NCBI GenBank assembly: GCA_965209085.1
Contig: OZ242376.1
Span: forward strand, 608,001-672,000
Length of the DNA: 64,000 bases
Direction: 5' to 3'
Source: Nitrosopumilaceae archaeon
GTDB lineage: Archaea > Thermoproteota > Nitrososphaeria > Nitrososphaerales > Nitrosopumilaceae
Made by a program: the position numbers and the translations under genes. Below, piece by piece: positions 47,728-57,238 of the stretch. Every line of letters begins with the position of its first letter. Positions within the stretch are counted from its first letter, which is position 1. Below the pieces are notes generated by a model. The model did not search any database. It saw nothing but the letters and a program-made list of their open reading frames with translations, and was not told where the DNA came from.

Positions 47728-48483
47728 TTATCGCAGTCCCCATCTGCGCATTATTCTATTCTCCAGCCTTGTAAATACGACTGCATCAACAATCATTCCA
47801 ATTACCATTATGACAAGCATTATGGCCATAACCTGTGATACATCAACTGTCTGTCTGCCAACGTTGAGCAAAAACCCAAGACCCAAAAATGAAAACAAAA
47901 TCTCAGCTCCAATTACGCCGCGCCACGCAAACGCCCATCCCTGCTTGAATCCTGAAAAAATATAGGGAAATGCTGCGGGAATTAAAACTGAAAAGACCAG
48001 TTTGTGCCCTCCTGCCCCCATATTGCGGGCAGCTTCAAGATAGTGCGGATCTATGTTTTTGACTCCAGAATGCGTGTTTATCGTAACTGCAAAAACGGCA
48101 CCTATTACAGTTACAAAAATAATTCCAGCATCTGTAACTCCAAACCATATGAGGGCAAGCGGTACCCATGCAACAGAGGGTATTGACTGCAAACCTAGCA
48201 CCAGCGAGCCGATAGTCTGATTTACAGTCTCCACGCGCGCCATGAGCACACCCAACACCACTCCGCCTATTATCGCCATGGAAAGACCTGCAATCAGACG
48301 AAGCAGGCTTGTAGCAATTCCATAAAACAAACTGCCATCAAGTGCGCCGTATGCTAAATCCTCGGCTATCTCATAGGGGGATGGAAATATCTGATCGGGC
48401 CAGAGATCAAAACTGGCAGTTATCTGCCAGAGTGCAATCACTGTGGAAAAAAATATGATTTTTTTAAACATGTGCGATGACAA
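47728..48483 (-). CDS. ABC transporter permease (SsuC/TauC/nitrate type)
   Basis: LQSIPSVAWVPLA, EAARNMGA loop, WRGVIGAE. Confidence 0.9.
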   Translation of the reverse strand: MSSHMFKKIIFFSTVIALWQITASFDLWPDQIFPSPYEIAEDLAYGALDGSLFYGIATSLLRLIAGLSMAIIGGVVLGVLMARVETVNQTIGSLVLGLQSIPSVAWVPLALIWFGVTDAGIIFVTVIGAVFAVTINTHSGVKNIDPHYLEAARNMGAGGHKLVFSVLIPAAFPYIFSGFKQGWAFAWRGVIGAEILFSFLGLGFLLNVGRQTVDVSQVMAIMLVIMVIGMIVDAVVFTRLENRIMRRWGLR

Positions 48484-49236
48484 TTATTTTGGCACCTCTG
48501 CAAGCTTTGCACGTATTTGTTTTTGTACATCAATAAGATTCTCATCCCCCGAATGCCTAGGTCTTGGAGCATCCACTTTGAATTCGCCCTTTACATATGC
48601 GGGTCTATTCCCAAAGACAATGATTCGCGTTCCAAGTACTGCCGCCTCTGCCACATTGTGCGTCACAAAGAGTATGGTCTTTTTTGTGCGCATCCAAATA
48701 TCCTGCATCTCCCCCAACAGATGATCCCTTGTTTGCGCATCCAAAGATGCAAACGGCTCATCCATGAGCAGCACGTCCGGATCCATTACAAGTGCGCGAG
48801 CTATGGCAACCCTTTGTTTCATGCCAGTGGAGAGCTGATACGTGTAATATTCTGCAAATTTATCCAACTGCATCATCTCAAGGTATCTTGCGGATATCTG
48901 CGTGCACTCTTTTTGCGGAATTCCGGAAATTTTCAGGCCAAACTCTACATTATCTTTTACCTTTAGCCACGGGAACAGCGCCCCCTCCTGAAACACCATT
49001 ATGCGGCCAGGTCCCGTACCCTCAACTATCTTGCCGTTTACCAAAATCTTACCGGAATCTGGTTTTTCAAGACCTGCTAGAATGCGCAAAAACGTGGATT
49101 TGCCACAGCCGGATGGACCAACAATGCAGACAAACTCTCCAGAATTTGCATCAAGACTAATCCCATCTATGGCCTTTAACACGTGCTTTTCATGCTTGAA
49201 ATATTTTACAATATCTCTTGCCTCTATCTCTGGCAT
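48484..49236 (-). CDS. ABC transporter ATP-binding protein (SsuB/TauB type)
   Basis: GPSGCGKS, LSTGMKQR, LLMDEPF, FVTH. Confidence 0.92.
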   Translation of the reverse strand: MPEIEARDIVKYFKHEKHVLKAIDGISLDANSGEFVCIVGPSGCGKSTFLRILAGLEKPDSGKILVNGKIVEGTGPGRIMVFQEGALFPWLKVKDNVEFGLKISGIPQKECTQISARYLEMMQLDKFAEYYTYQLSTGMKQRVAIARALVMDPDVLLMDEPFASLDAQTRDHLLGEMQDIWMRTKKTILFVTHNVAEAAVLGTRIIVFGNRPAYVKGEFKVDAPRPRHSGDENLIDVQKQIRAKLAEVPK

Positions 49237-50231
49237 TACTCTGCAACCTCTGTACTGTAATAAATTCCGTCAAGATTGTATTGCCCGCGTCCAAGATATC
49301 CCAAAGAATGGGCTCTGCTAGCAAACTCCTCAACTGACTCTGGAATAATATCCGATGTAATCTCTATTCTGGATAATGACTCTGATATAATCTCCTCTCT
49401 AAATGATGATCCAAATTCACGTTTTATAAATTCGTACAAAATCCTAGAACTCTCTTCGGGATTTTCATTTATCCATGATACTGATTCTTCATGCCCGTTT
49501 AGCCATCCCTGCACTATATGGGGATTCTCCATTACGTATTTTGTGCGCGCAACAAGCAGCACCGATGCAAACTTGCCATTATCCCACAGCTGACTCTCCT
49601 CAAATATTCTCACACCGTTTAAATCCTCCACCAAAAGTGTTGCCCAGGGTTCAGGAACCCACGCTGCATCAACATCGCCTTTTGAAAATAATGTATAAAT
49701 GTCCGGATTTGGAACATTAATCACGTATACTGTTCCGCCCCGTTCAGCTTCGGATAATCCATTCTCATGCAGGTGATATCTGAGTGAGACATCCTGCGTG
49801 TTTGCAATCTGCGGTGCTGCAACGCGCATTTTATCAAGTTTTGCAATAGAGTCAATACCTGAATCTGATTGTACCACAAAGCTTGCCCCGCCGCTTGCAG
49901 CGCCTCCAAGAATTACCACCTCGCCATCTGATCTGAGAAATCCGTTGACTGCCGGTCCTGGACCCACGTATGCCATATCTGATGATTTGGAAAATAACGA
50001 CTCTATTGCCTGCGGGCCGCTGTCATAAATTTTCAATTCAATATCAATATCGGGAATTTCTTTTGCAAAAATTCCTCGTTCCATACCTATTATGGGTGCA
50101 GCATGTCCTGCATTTGCAAATGCTGTAACGCGAAGGGCAGGTTTGGCATTATCTGATTCTTGAACATACATTGCTGTAGCAAAAAGTACAACAGCCAAAC
50201 TGATCCCCGTTATCACATACACAACTTTCAT
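49236..50231 (-). CDS. ABC transporter substrate-binding protein (SsuA/NMT1-like)
   Basis: N-terminal hydrophobic anchor; AYVGPGP, NTQDV, AWVPEPW. Confidence 0.88.
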   Translation of the reverse strand: MKVVYVITGISLAVVLFATAMYVQESDNAKPALRVTAFANAGHAAPIIGMERGIFAKEIPDIDIELKIYDSGPQAIESLFSKSSDMAYVGPGPAVNGFLRSDGEVVILGGAASGGASFVVQSDSGIDSIAKLDKMRVAAPQIANTQDVSLRYHLHENGLSEAERGGTVYVINVPNPDIYTLFSKGDVDAAWVPEPWATLLVEDLNGVRIFEESQLWDNGKFASVLLVARTKYVMENPHIVQGWLNGHEESVSWINENPEESSRILYEFIKREFGSSFREEIISESLSRIEITSDIIPESVEEFASRAHSLGYLGRGQYNLDGIYYSTEVAE

Positions 50232-50248
50232 AAAAAAAAGCGTATGCA

Positions 50249-50266
50249 GATCATTAAATAATGATC
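50249..50266. promoter_or_regulatory. Perfect inverted repeat in the divergent ABC/argG promoter region (candidate operator)
   Basis: GATCATTA-AA-TAATGATC, 18-35 nt upstream of the substrate-binding gene start. Confidence 0.4.
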
Positions 50267-50346
50267 GGATTTTAGCTATAGCTTCATGTTTTAATAGCCA
50301 TCAGGCAGTTTGCATACAATGGTAAAAATACACAAGGTGATGAAAT

Positions 50347-51546
50347 ATGTCTAAAAAAGCGATACTTGCTTTTTCAGGCGGCCTTGATACCTCTGTGGTG
50401 GTAAAATATCTCTCCGAAGAGTACGGTCTTGATACAATTACCCTTACAGTGGATGTCGGACAGCAGGATGATTATCGCAAAGTTGCGGCAAAATCCAAAA
50501 AACTTGGGGCGATAAAACATGTGCACATTGATGCAAGAAATGAATTTGTAACAGATTACGTGTATTTGGCCATACAGGCAAACGCTCTATACCAGAAAAA
50601 ATATTCAATGGCAACTGCCCTTGCACGGCCGCTTATTGCAAAAAAACTGGTTGCCGTTGCCCGAAAAGAAAACGCGTCAGCTTTGGCACACGGGTGCTCT
50701 GGAAAGGGAAACGATCAAGTGCGGTTTGATAATACATTGCATGCGTACTCTAAACTGCCGGTAATTGCGCCGATAAGAGATTTAAACCTTGATAGAAAAA
50801 CAGAGCTTGCATTTGCAAAAAAACACGGCATAAAGATAGATGCGGTGGCAAAAAAATTCAGCATTGATCAAAATCTGTGGGGTCGGGCAATCGAGGGCGG
50901 AATAATGGAGGATGCATCAAATGAGCCCCCCAAGAGTGCGTTTGAATGGGTAAAAATAACTGATGCGCTTAAAAATCCCTCATACGTGCGGATTGGATTT
51001 TTCTGCGGCATACCTGTATCAGTTGACGGTAAAAAGATGAATCCGGTATCTCTTGTGGAATATTTGAATAATAAAGCCGGAGCTGCCGGAGTTGGCATAT
51101 CTGATCACATTGAGGATAGAATCGTTGGGATAAAATCGCGTGAAATCTACGAGGCGCCAGCTGCTGCATGCATAATAGAGGCCCACCGGGATCTTGAAAA
51201 AATGGTCCACACAAAACATCAGACGCGCTTCAAGGGTGCAGTTGATGAGCAGTGGGCCGAGATTGCGTATTCAGGATTGTGGGAGGATCCGCTGCGCAAT
51301 GACCTTGATGCATACCTTGTACAGAGCCAAAAACGCGTCACAGGAGAGGTAAAACTGCGCATGCATTATGGCAGTTTGCGGGTGGTGGGCCGCTCTTCAA
51401 AATATTCCCTATATGATGTTAAATCCTCCACGTACGGGGCAGATTCAACCTTTGATCAGCGTCTAGCTACTGGGTTTGTGACCCTTTGGGGTTTACAGTC
51501 AACAGAAGCTAATAAATTACAAGGTTCAAGGTCAGCAAAAATATGA
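50347..51546 (+). CDS. argG: Argininosuccinate synthase
   Basis: LAFSGGLDTS, ALARPLIA, HGCSGKGNDQVRF, SIDQNLWGR, GIKSREIYEAP. Confidence 0.96.
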   Translation: MSKKAILAFSGGLDTSVVVKYLSEEYGLDTITLTVDVGQQDDYRKVAAKSKKLGAIKHVHIDARNEFVTDYVYLAIQANALYQKKYSMATALARPLIAKKLVAVARKENASALAHGCSGKGNDQVRFDNTLHAYSKLPVIAPIRDLNLDRKTELAFAKKHGIKIDAVAKKFSIDQNLWGRAIEGGIMEDASNEPPKSAFEWVKITDALKNPSYVRIGFFCGIPVSVDGKKMNPVSLVEYLNNKAGAAGVGISDHIEDRIVGIKSREIYEAPAAACIIEAHRDLEKMVHTKHQTRFKGAVDEQWAEIAYSGLWEDPLRNDLDAYLVQSQKRVTGEVKLRMHYGSLRVVGRSSKYSLYDVKSSTYGADSTFDQRLATGFVTLWGLQSTEANKLQGSRSAKI

Positions 51547-51710
51547 ACTGCCCAGAATGTGACGCTTCAATAAATGTCCCAAAAGATGCTGCAACAGGCG
51601 AGATTGTCTCCTGCCCTGACTGCGGAGCTGACTATGAGATATCCATAAAGGACGGTTCTAAAATGGAACTAAAAAAAGCAGAGAGCATAGGCGAAGACTG
51701 GGGAGAGTAA
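51543..51710 (+). CDS. lysW: LysW/ArgW amino-group carrier protein, 55 aa, canonical EDWGE (not in ORF track)
   Basis: Hand translation: MNCPECDASINVPKDAATGEIVSCPDCGADYEISIKDGSKMELKKAESIGEDWGE*; overlaps the argG stop and the argX start. Confidence 0.95.
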   Translation: MNCPECDASINVPKDAATGEIVSCPDCGADYEISIKDGSKMELKKAESIGEDWGE

Positions 51711-52567
51711 TGTCCAAAATCAGCATCATCTTTGATAGACTGCGGATTGAGGAAAAATTACTCTCAAAACAGGCCTTGGATATGGGTCTGCAAGTTGAAA
51801 TGGTCGATGCCAAATCCTCGCATATTAATACTGACAATAAGGCAAATGATTTTGATTTTGGCGATGGCGCACTTGAGAGGTGCATTAGCTATTTTCGCGG
51901 CCTGCATTATACCGCATGCCTTGAATTTTTAAAAATTCCCGTGATAAACAAACTAGCTGTTGCTAGCGTGTGCGGGAATAAAATGATGATGACATTAAAG
52001 CTGGCCGAATATAAAATTCCATCACCTAGGACATTTTTTGCATTTACGCGCGAATCAGCATTGGAGATGGCAGATAATGCCGGATACCCGCTTGTGATAA
52101 AACCGCTTGTTGGAAGCTGGGGGCGGGGCGTTGCAAAAATATCCAACCGTGAAACGCTTGAAGCGGTAACTGAATCCAGGGATATATCTGATGGCGCATA
52201 CGATAGGATATACTATCTGCAGAAAATGGTAAAACGCCCCCCGCGCGATATACGCGTTATCACCGTGGGGGGGCGCGCAATTGCGGCAATGTATAGAAAA
52301 TCATCCGGAGGATTTAAGACAAACGTCGCACTTGGTGCTGACCCTGAACCGTGTAAAATAACAAAAGAGATGGAGGATTTGGCCGTAAAATCCTCTGATG
52401 CAGTGGGCGGCGGAATCTTAGGCGTTGACATGATGGAGGATGAAGAGCGCGGCCTTGTCGTACATGAAGTAAACAATACAGTCGAATTCAAAGGCATATC
52501 AAAGACCACTGAGATAAACATTCCAAAAGAAATGATAGAGTATCTTCTTTATTTCATTCGTAAATAG
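51710..52567 (+). CDS. argX: Glutamate--LysW ligase (ATP-grasp), LysX paralog
   Basis: KPLVGSWGR, RDIRVI, EVNNTVEFKGI (Gly in the specificity motif, ArgX-type); adjacent to argG. Confidence 0.82.
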   Translation: MSKISIIFDRLRIEEKLLSKQALDMGLQVEMVDAKSSHINTDNKANDFDFGDGALERCISYFRGLHYTACLEFLKIPVINKLAVASVCGNKMMMTLKLAEYKIPSPRTFFAFTRESALEMADNAGYPLVIKPLVGSWGRGVAKISNRETLEAVTESRDISDGAYDRIYYLQKMVKRPPRDIRVITVGGRAIAAMYRKSSGGFKTNVALGADPEPCKITKEMEDLAVKSSDAVGGGILGVDMMEDEERGLVVHEVNNTVEFKGISKTTEINIPKEMIEYLLYFIRK

Positions 52568-52576
52568 CAGCGTACC

Positions 52577-53032
52577 TTAGAGCCTGCAATTTTTTCTCAT
52601 ATACTCTTGATGATATTCCTCTGCCTTGTAAAACTCGCCTGCGGGGAGAATCTGGGTTACTATGGCATCCTTGTGGACGCCTGATTCCGCAATGCGTTTT
52701 TTTACAGCATTTGCTATTTCCTGCTGTTTTGTATCGTGTGCAAATACAACGGATCTGTACTGTGTTCCGACATCCGGACCCTGTCTGTTGGGAGTTGTGG
52801 GATCATGGTTTGCCCAAAACACCTCTAGCAAATCCTCGTATGAGACTTTGTCCGGGTTGTAATCAATTTGGACTGATTCGGCATGTCCTGTTTTACCTGT
52901 GCATACTTGCTCATAGGTGGGATCTCCAAGATCGCCTCCGGCGTATCCTACAGCAGTGGATACAACTCCGGGAATCTTACCAAACACATGCTCTACGTGC
53001 CAAAAGCATCCTGCACCAAACGTGGCTCTCAC
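52577..53032 (-). CDS. msrA: Peptide methionine sulfoxide reductase A
   Basis: [39 protein letters not shown]. Confidence 0.95.
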   Translation of the reverse strand: MRATFGAGCFWHVEHVFGKIPGVVSTAVGYAGGDLGDPTYEQVCTGKTGHAESVQIDYNPDKVSYEDLLEVFWANHDPTTPNRQGPDVGTQYRSVVFAHDTKQQEIANAVKKRIAESGVHKDAIVTQILPAGEFYKAEEYHQEYMRKNCRL

Positions 53033-53430
53033 ACAGTATGCACGTGCATATATCTAGTTTAAACTTGTTTATGCGGGGTTCTGTGTAATGCATGGGGGTT
53101 GTGCGTAGGTGTGTATTTTCGGGGGTTTTTGCTTTATATGTAAAATAGTGTGTAAATTCGGGGGTTGGTACAAGCATCACGTGGATATTTGCGATCAGGG
53201 TTTTTTTGAAATAGCGATCTAGTTTTAGACGAGTCAAACTCTTACGAAAATCATTAGATGTGAAATTTCAGGGTTTTTACAGAATCTGCGATCAGAAAGG
53301 TATGAATTCACCATTTGGTTATGAGATCTGTTTAACAATATGCCTACGAAAGTATCAATTTTGAGAGATTTTTTCATATATTAGATCGAAGTATGTGATT
53401 TTGGAAGATTTTCGATCAGAGTAGGGTATA

Positions 53431-54378
53431 CTATGAATATCTAAATAAATTCTGCTCAAACCACTTGTATGTCATTGTCAATCCTTCTTCCAGGGTAAAT
53501 TTTGGCTTCCACATTGGGGATTGACTCTCAATGTCAAATGATATGGGTTTGCCATCGACCAGCTCGCCCGGTTCATATTCGCCAGATTTGATATTGATGT
53601 CACTTTTACCAATTTTTGTAACCATTTTTGCTAGAGTCGTATTCTTGACAATATTGTTTCCAGCATTTCCTGCACAGTGCAGTGTTTGACCTATGTACTG
53701 GTCTAGATTTTCTATTAATTTTGCATAAAATTCAATAATGTCATCTCCAAATGTCCACAATCTCTTGGCATTTGGAGATCTGACGGTTATATCCCTGCCT
53801 TTTAACACATTCAATATCAACTGGGCCGGAAATTCATCACTTCTCATTCTAGCCCCATATCCACTACCTACCCGTGTTATCACGCAGGGTACTCCATGAG
53901 CTTTGTGGTATGTACTGTAAAGTAGTTCTGCGGCAGCCTTGGTCCAGCCATATACAGAAGAGGGGTTTGGGAGCATTTTTGAAACATATACGGATCCTGC
54001 AGGATGTCCATACAGCGTATTAAAGGAGCTGGGATAGATTATTGTGGGTTTTTTTGCATCCATCTTGCTGACCGTTTCCAAAATCCGAAATGATGGGGCG
54101 AGGTTTGCAGTAAACGTATGTGTTGGGCTAGATGTTCCAAGTGGTCGATCTGCCACCCCTATTCCACTGTCTACTATCACATCAATTCCTTGAAGATCCT
54201 CTAACAGTAGGTCATTTGAGGCCTTCCAGATGTATTTTATTTGATCCTGTACATTGTTTAATCTCCATGCTTCATCAATTCTGCATGTCCATACAACTGA
54301 CGGCCATGCCCATTTTGAGGAATTTTTCAGTAAGTGCAGAGCCGATTACTCCTGTACCCCCATTATCAGAATATTCAT
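53431..54378 (-). pseudogene. NAD-dependent epimerase/dehydratase (extended SDR), frameshifted
   Basis: ATG 54378 gives MNILIMG; a G5 run one base short breaks GGTGVIG; a second shift near 54285 returns to the track ORF frame, which keeps YGWTK (YxxxK). Confidence 0.8.
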
Positions 54379-54379
54379 T

Positions 54380-54457
54380 AGACTTCATGCATAATGGGCC
54401 AAATTCACAATTTTTACGAATAAAAATGACTGATTTTAATGATTATGCATGAGGTCT
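54380..54457. mobile_element. 78-bp MITE, copy 1
   Basis: TIRs AGACTTCATGCATAAT / ATTATGCATGAGGTCT; 3-bp target duplication ATT. Confidence 0.85.
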
Positions 54458-54496
54458 ATTATTTATCAAGTTGTAGAAATTACTGCCATCTAATAA

Positions 54497-55718
54497 TATA
54501 GTATAAGAAGTTATTAATTACGTTTAACCACTCTGTAACAAAAATTTAATCGCTACGTTTAGATCGCACCAGATTTAAGAGCAAATATGACGCGACAGAA
54601 CAGAATTCCGACAGGCATCGAGTTCATGCCAAACATGAGCATCACATATCTTAGAAATTGTTATGCAAAAGAAAAGATTCCAGTTGCAAAACAGCGTCTT
54701 CTCTCATGGATTAAAAGAAAACAGGACAAAACAATGGAGAAGATTGGCGAGGAGCTTGGCGTAAAAGAGACAACAGTATGCAAATGGCTCATACGGGTAA
54801 TGGAGGATGGACTAGCCTCAAGATACAACATAAAACGTCTTGGCAGGGAATGCCATCTTTCAGAAAAACAGCTTGAAAAACTAACAAAGGATCTGATTGC
54901 CGGACCTGAAAAATGCGGATATAGTCAGTCCGCATGGTCTACTGTAATGGTAACGGATCACATTTGGAAAAAATTCAAGGTACAATATGTCCCACGTTCT
55001 GTACAAAATCTACTCAAACGTCTTGGATTTACAATTCAAAAACCCCGTCAGTACCATCCCAAAGCTGCATCAAAGAGTGAACAGGAACGCTTTAAAAAAA
55101 AACTAGGCACATATTGGCACAAAGAGAGGCACACGGAGCAGTAACTGTATCCATGGATGAGATTCATCTTTACCCAACAACCAATATCCGTAACGCATGG
55201 TACCTCATAGGCAGCAAACCCCAAGTTCCATTAGATCCGACCAGACACAGAATAACCATGTTTGGAGCTTTAAGCAAGGATTCTTTCATATTCGAGTTTT
55301 ACGATAAAGCAAACAAAGACAGTCATTTGGATTTTATAAAAATCCTGGAAAAAGAGTTTGGCCGTGTGACAATAGTGCATGATAATGCATCTTATCATCG
55401 TCACCGTGACGTATTTGAATACATCAAATCTAGAAAAGGACGAATCAGTTTAATTTATCTTCCACCGTATACGCCAGAGCTGAACCCAATAGAAATCCAG
55501 TGGCGTGTTTTACGAAAATGCATATCAAATGGGCATTTTGAATCGATCAGACACCTGAAAAAGAAAATTGACCGGGTCATATTGTCTAATCAGATGAAAC
55601 TTGTCAAACTGCACGATTATCTAATTTTTTAGAAACAATAATGTGGGGTAATTGTTACTATGGAGATTGTATTCGGTGTGTTTGTGATAAAATGTAAATT
55701 ATAAATTCTTATACTATA
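54497..55718 (+). mobile_element. IS630-family element, apparently intact
   Basis: TIRs TATAGTATAAGAA.TTAT at both ends, including TA duplications; encodes a split transposase. Confidence 0.9.
54587..55632 (+). CDS. IS630 transposase (orfA 54587-55144 plus orfB, joined by a -1 frameshift)
   Basis: HTH region in orfA; TTT-A9 at 55091-55102; orfB in the -1 frame has SMDE, HDNASYH, PELNPIE. Confidence 0.88.
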
Positions 55719-55812
55719 TTATCTCCATTTAGATCTAAATATGTTAACTTTTGAAAAATATTTGTGCTAATATAATTACATGGTTTATTAATGTGTGATA
55801 TAAAATCAATAT

Positions 55813-56496
55813 ATGCATGATGATGAATTTAAGAAGGTGTGTATTGAACAGAAATGGAATTCAAATCTTGCACAAGAATATTATGATATAATATCTAAAA
55901 TATTTGATGATGCATTAGAGAATGATGCCGAATTTAATAAAAAATTCATAGATAGACAAAATGAATTTCATCGTACAGCACTTCCGAATTATAACAATTG
56001 GTTAGAATTATGTGAAAAAATAAGAATAAACATTAATGTAAAAAGTGATGAAGTGGATCTAATTTTTCTTATACGTTATTTGATAACAGTGGAGAGTTTG
56101 GCTTCACATTATGCCACTGTACTATACTATGCATGTTACAAAGCATATGATAATAAAAATAAAGCATATCATGAATCATTTAACACCATACACAATTACG
56201 TTTTACTTGGACCCAAGTTAAAATACCTTGAAAATAAGGGTTTAGCAAAATACACCAATAGTATAAATCGCTTTCTTCGTAATCAAATAGGACATATGAC
56301 TTTTAAAATAAATAATGGTAAAATTGAAATTCCTGAAGATCAGTCAGATCAGCATGGTTATAAAAAAGTGAATATAGAACAAATGGGGACTGATTTGGAT
56401 ATGCATATTTTGGCCATGTATGCTGCCATATGGCGTTATTATAGTCGATATTCTAAAGTCCCGTTTTATAATTCTGATTTTATAACTCATTTATAA
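55813..56496 (+). CDS. Hypothetical protein with HEPN-like RxxxxH motif
   Basis: 227-aa AT-rich ORF, apparently helical, containing LRNQIGH. Confidence 0.6.
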   Translation: MHDDEFKKVCIEQKWNSNLAQEYYDIISKIFDDALENDAEFNKKFIDRQNEFHRTALPNYNNWLELCEKIRININVKSDEVDLIFLIRYLITVESLASHYATVLYYACYKAYDNKNKAYHESFNTIHNYVLLGPKLKYLENKGLAKYTNSINRFLRNQIGHMTFKINNGKIEIPEDQSDQHGYKKVNIEQMGTDLDMHILAMYAAIWRYYSRYSKVPFYNSDFITHL

Positions 56497-56497
56497 T

Positions 56498-56575
56498 AGA
56501 CTTCATGCATAATGGGCCAAATTCACAATTTTTACGAATAAAAATGATGGATTTTAATGATTATGCATGAGGTCT
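56498..56575. mobile_element. 78-bp MITE, copy 2
   Basis: Two substitutions relative to copy 1; target duplication AAT. Confidence 0.85.
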
Positions 56576-56773
56576 AATATCATATTTTAGATTAAACAAA
56601 CGAAATCACTCATCTTGCCATTTGTTTGGAGATAATCTGTCAGATGTGACATCTTGGCTCAAACTGTTTATTTTTATCATCTGGCTTTAAAAATCACATC
56701 CAGTACGAGCTAATTATAAAGCTAGAAATACGATAAATTTGATCAAGGCAAATTTTCTCTCAAAAGGTACAGA

Positions 56774-57151
56774 TTACCTAGTTCCAAAATAATCAAAACG
56801 CGTAAAAAATGGAAATACTTTACTTCGTAATCTGCCGATAAATTTTCCAAAATCCAGTGAAAATGCGATAACCGTGGTCTCTAATGTATTTTTTATAGAA
56901 GAATCATGATCAATTGTTTTTATCATCCATCGATCAATAACACATTCGGACAAAACCACAAATCCTGCCCAAGATGCCGTAAAACTCCAAGAAACTAGTT
57001 TGGCGAATGAGAGTCCGATAAAAATTATTGAGTCCATCAACAAAGTTTCTGTTATATTTGGATAGTTGTAGAAACTGTTTTTTGTGAATATTTGGCAAGA
57101 TGGAATCCCCCAACGACCATCTGAAAAACCGTTTGTAGCTTCTAGATCCAT
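56774..57151 (-). pseudogene. Possible decayed membrane-protein gene fragment
   Basis: Hydrophobic stretch IIFIGLSFAKLVSWSFTASWAGFVVL; stops upstream in frame; only a faint MscS-like look. Confidence 0.25.
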
Positions 57152-57238
57152 TTCTCCACCAGTTGTGATGCACTATTGCATTATGCACTACTTTGAATCG
57201 TTTTTTTGTCCTTTTAGTATGTGTAAACAAAAATCAAT

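Noticed and set aside
37698-53237. Short overlapping or opposite-strand ORFs across dph5, lys, ABC, arg and msrA genes
   Set aside because: They overlap well-supported genes and show no motifs.
53070-53430. Firm call as a replication origin
   Set aside because: No ORB consensus or neighbouring cdc6/orc1; kept only as an unexplained pattern.
54387-54452. 21-codon ORF inside the MITE and track ORF 54132-54452
   Set aside because: Start and stop come from the ATGCAT in the TIRs; the longer ORF is antisense to the epimerase pseudogene.
54380-56575. Composite transposon (MITE-IS630-HEPN-MITE)
   Set aside because: Each MITE has its own different TSD (ATT, AAT), indicating independent insertions.
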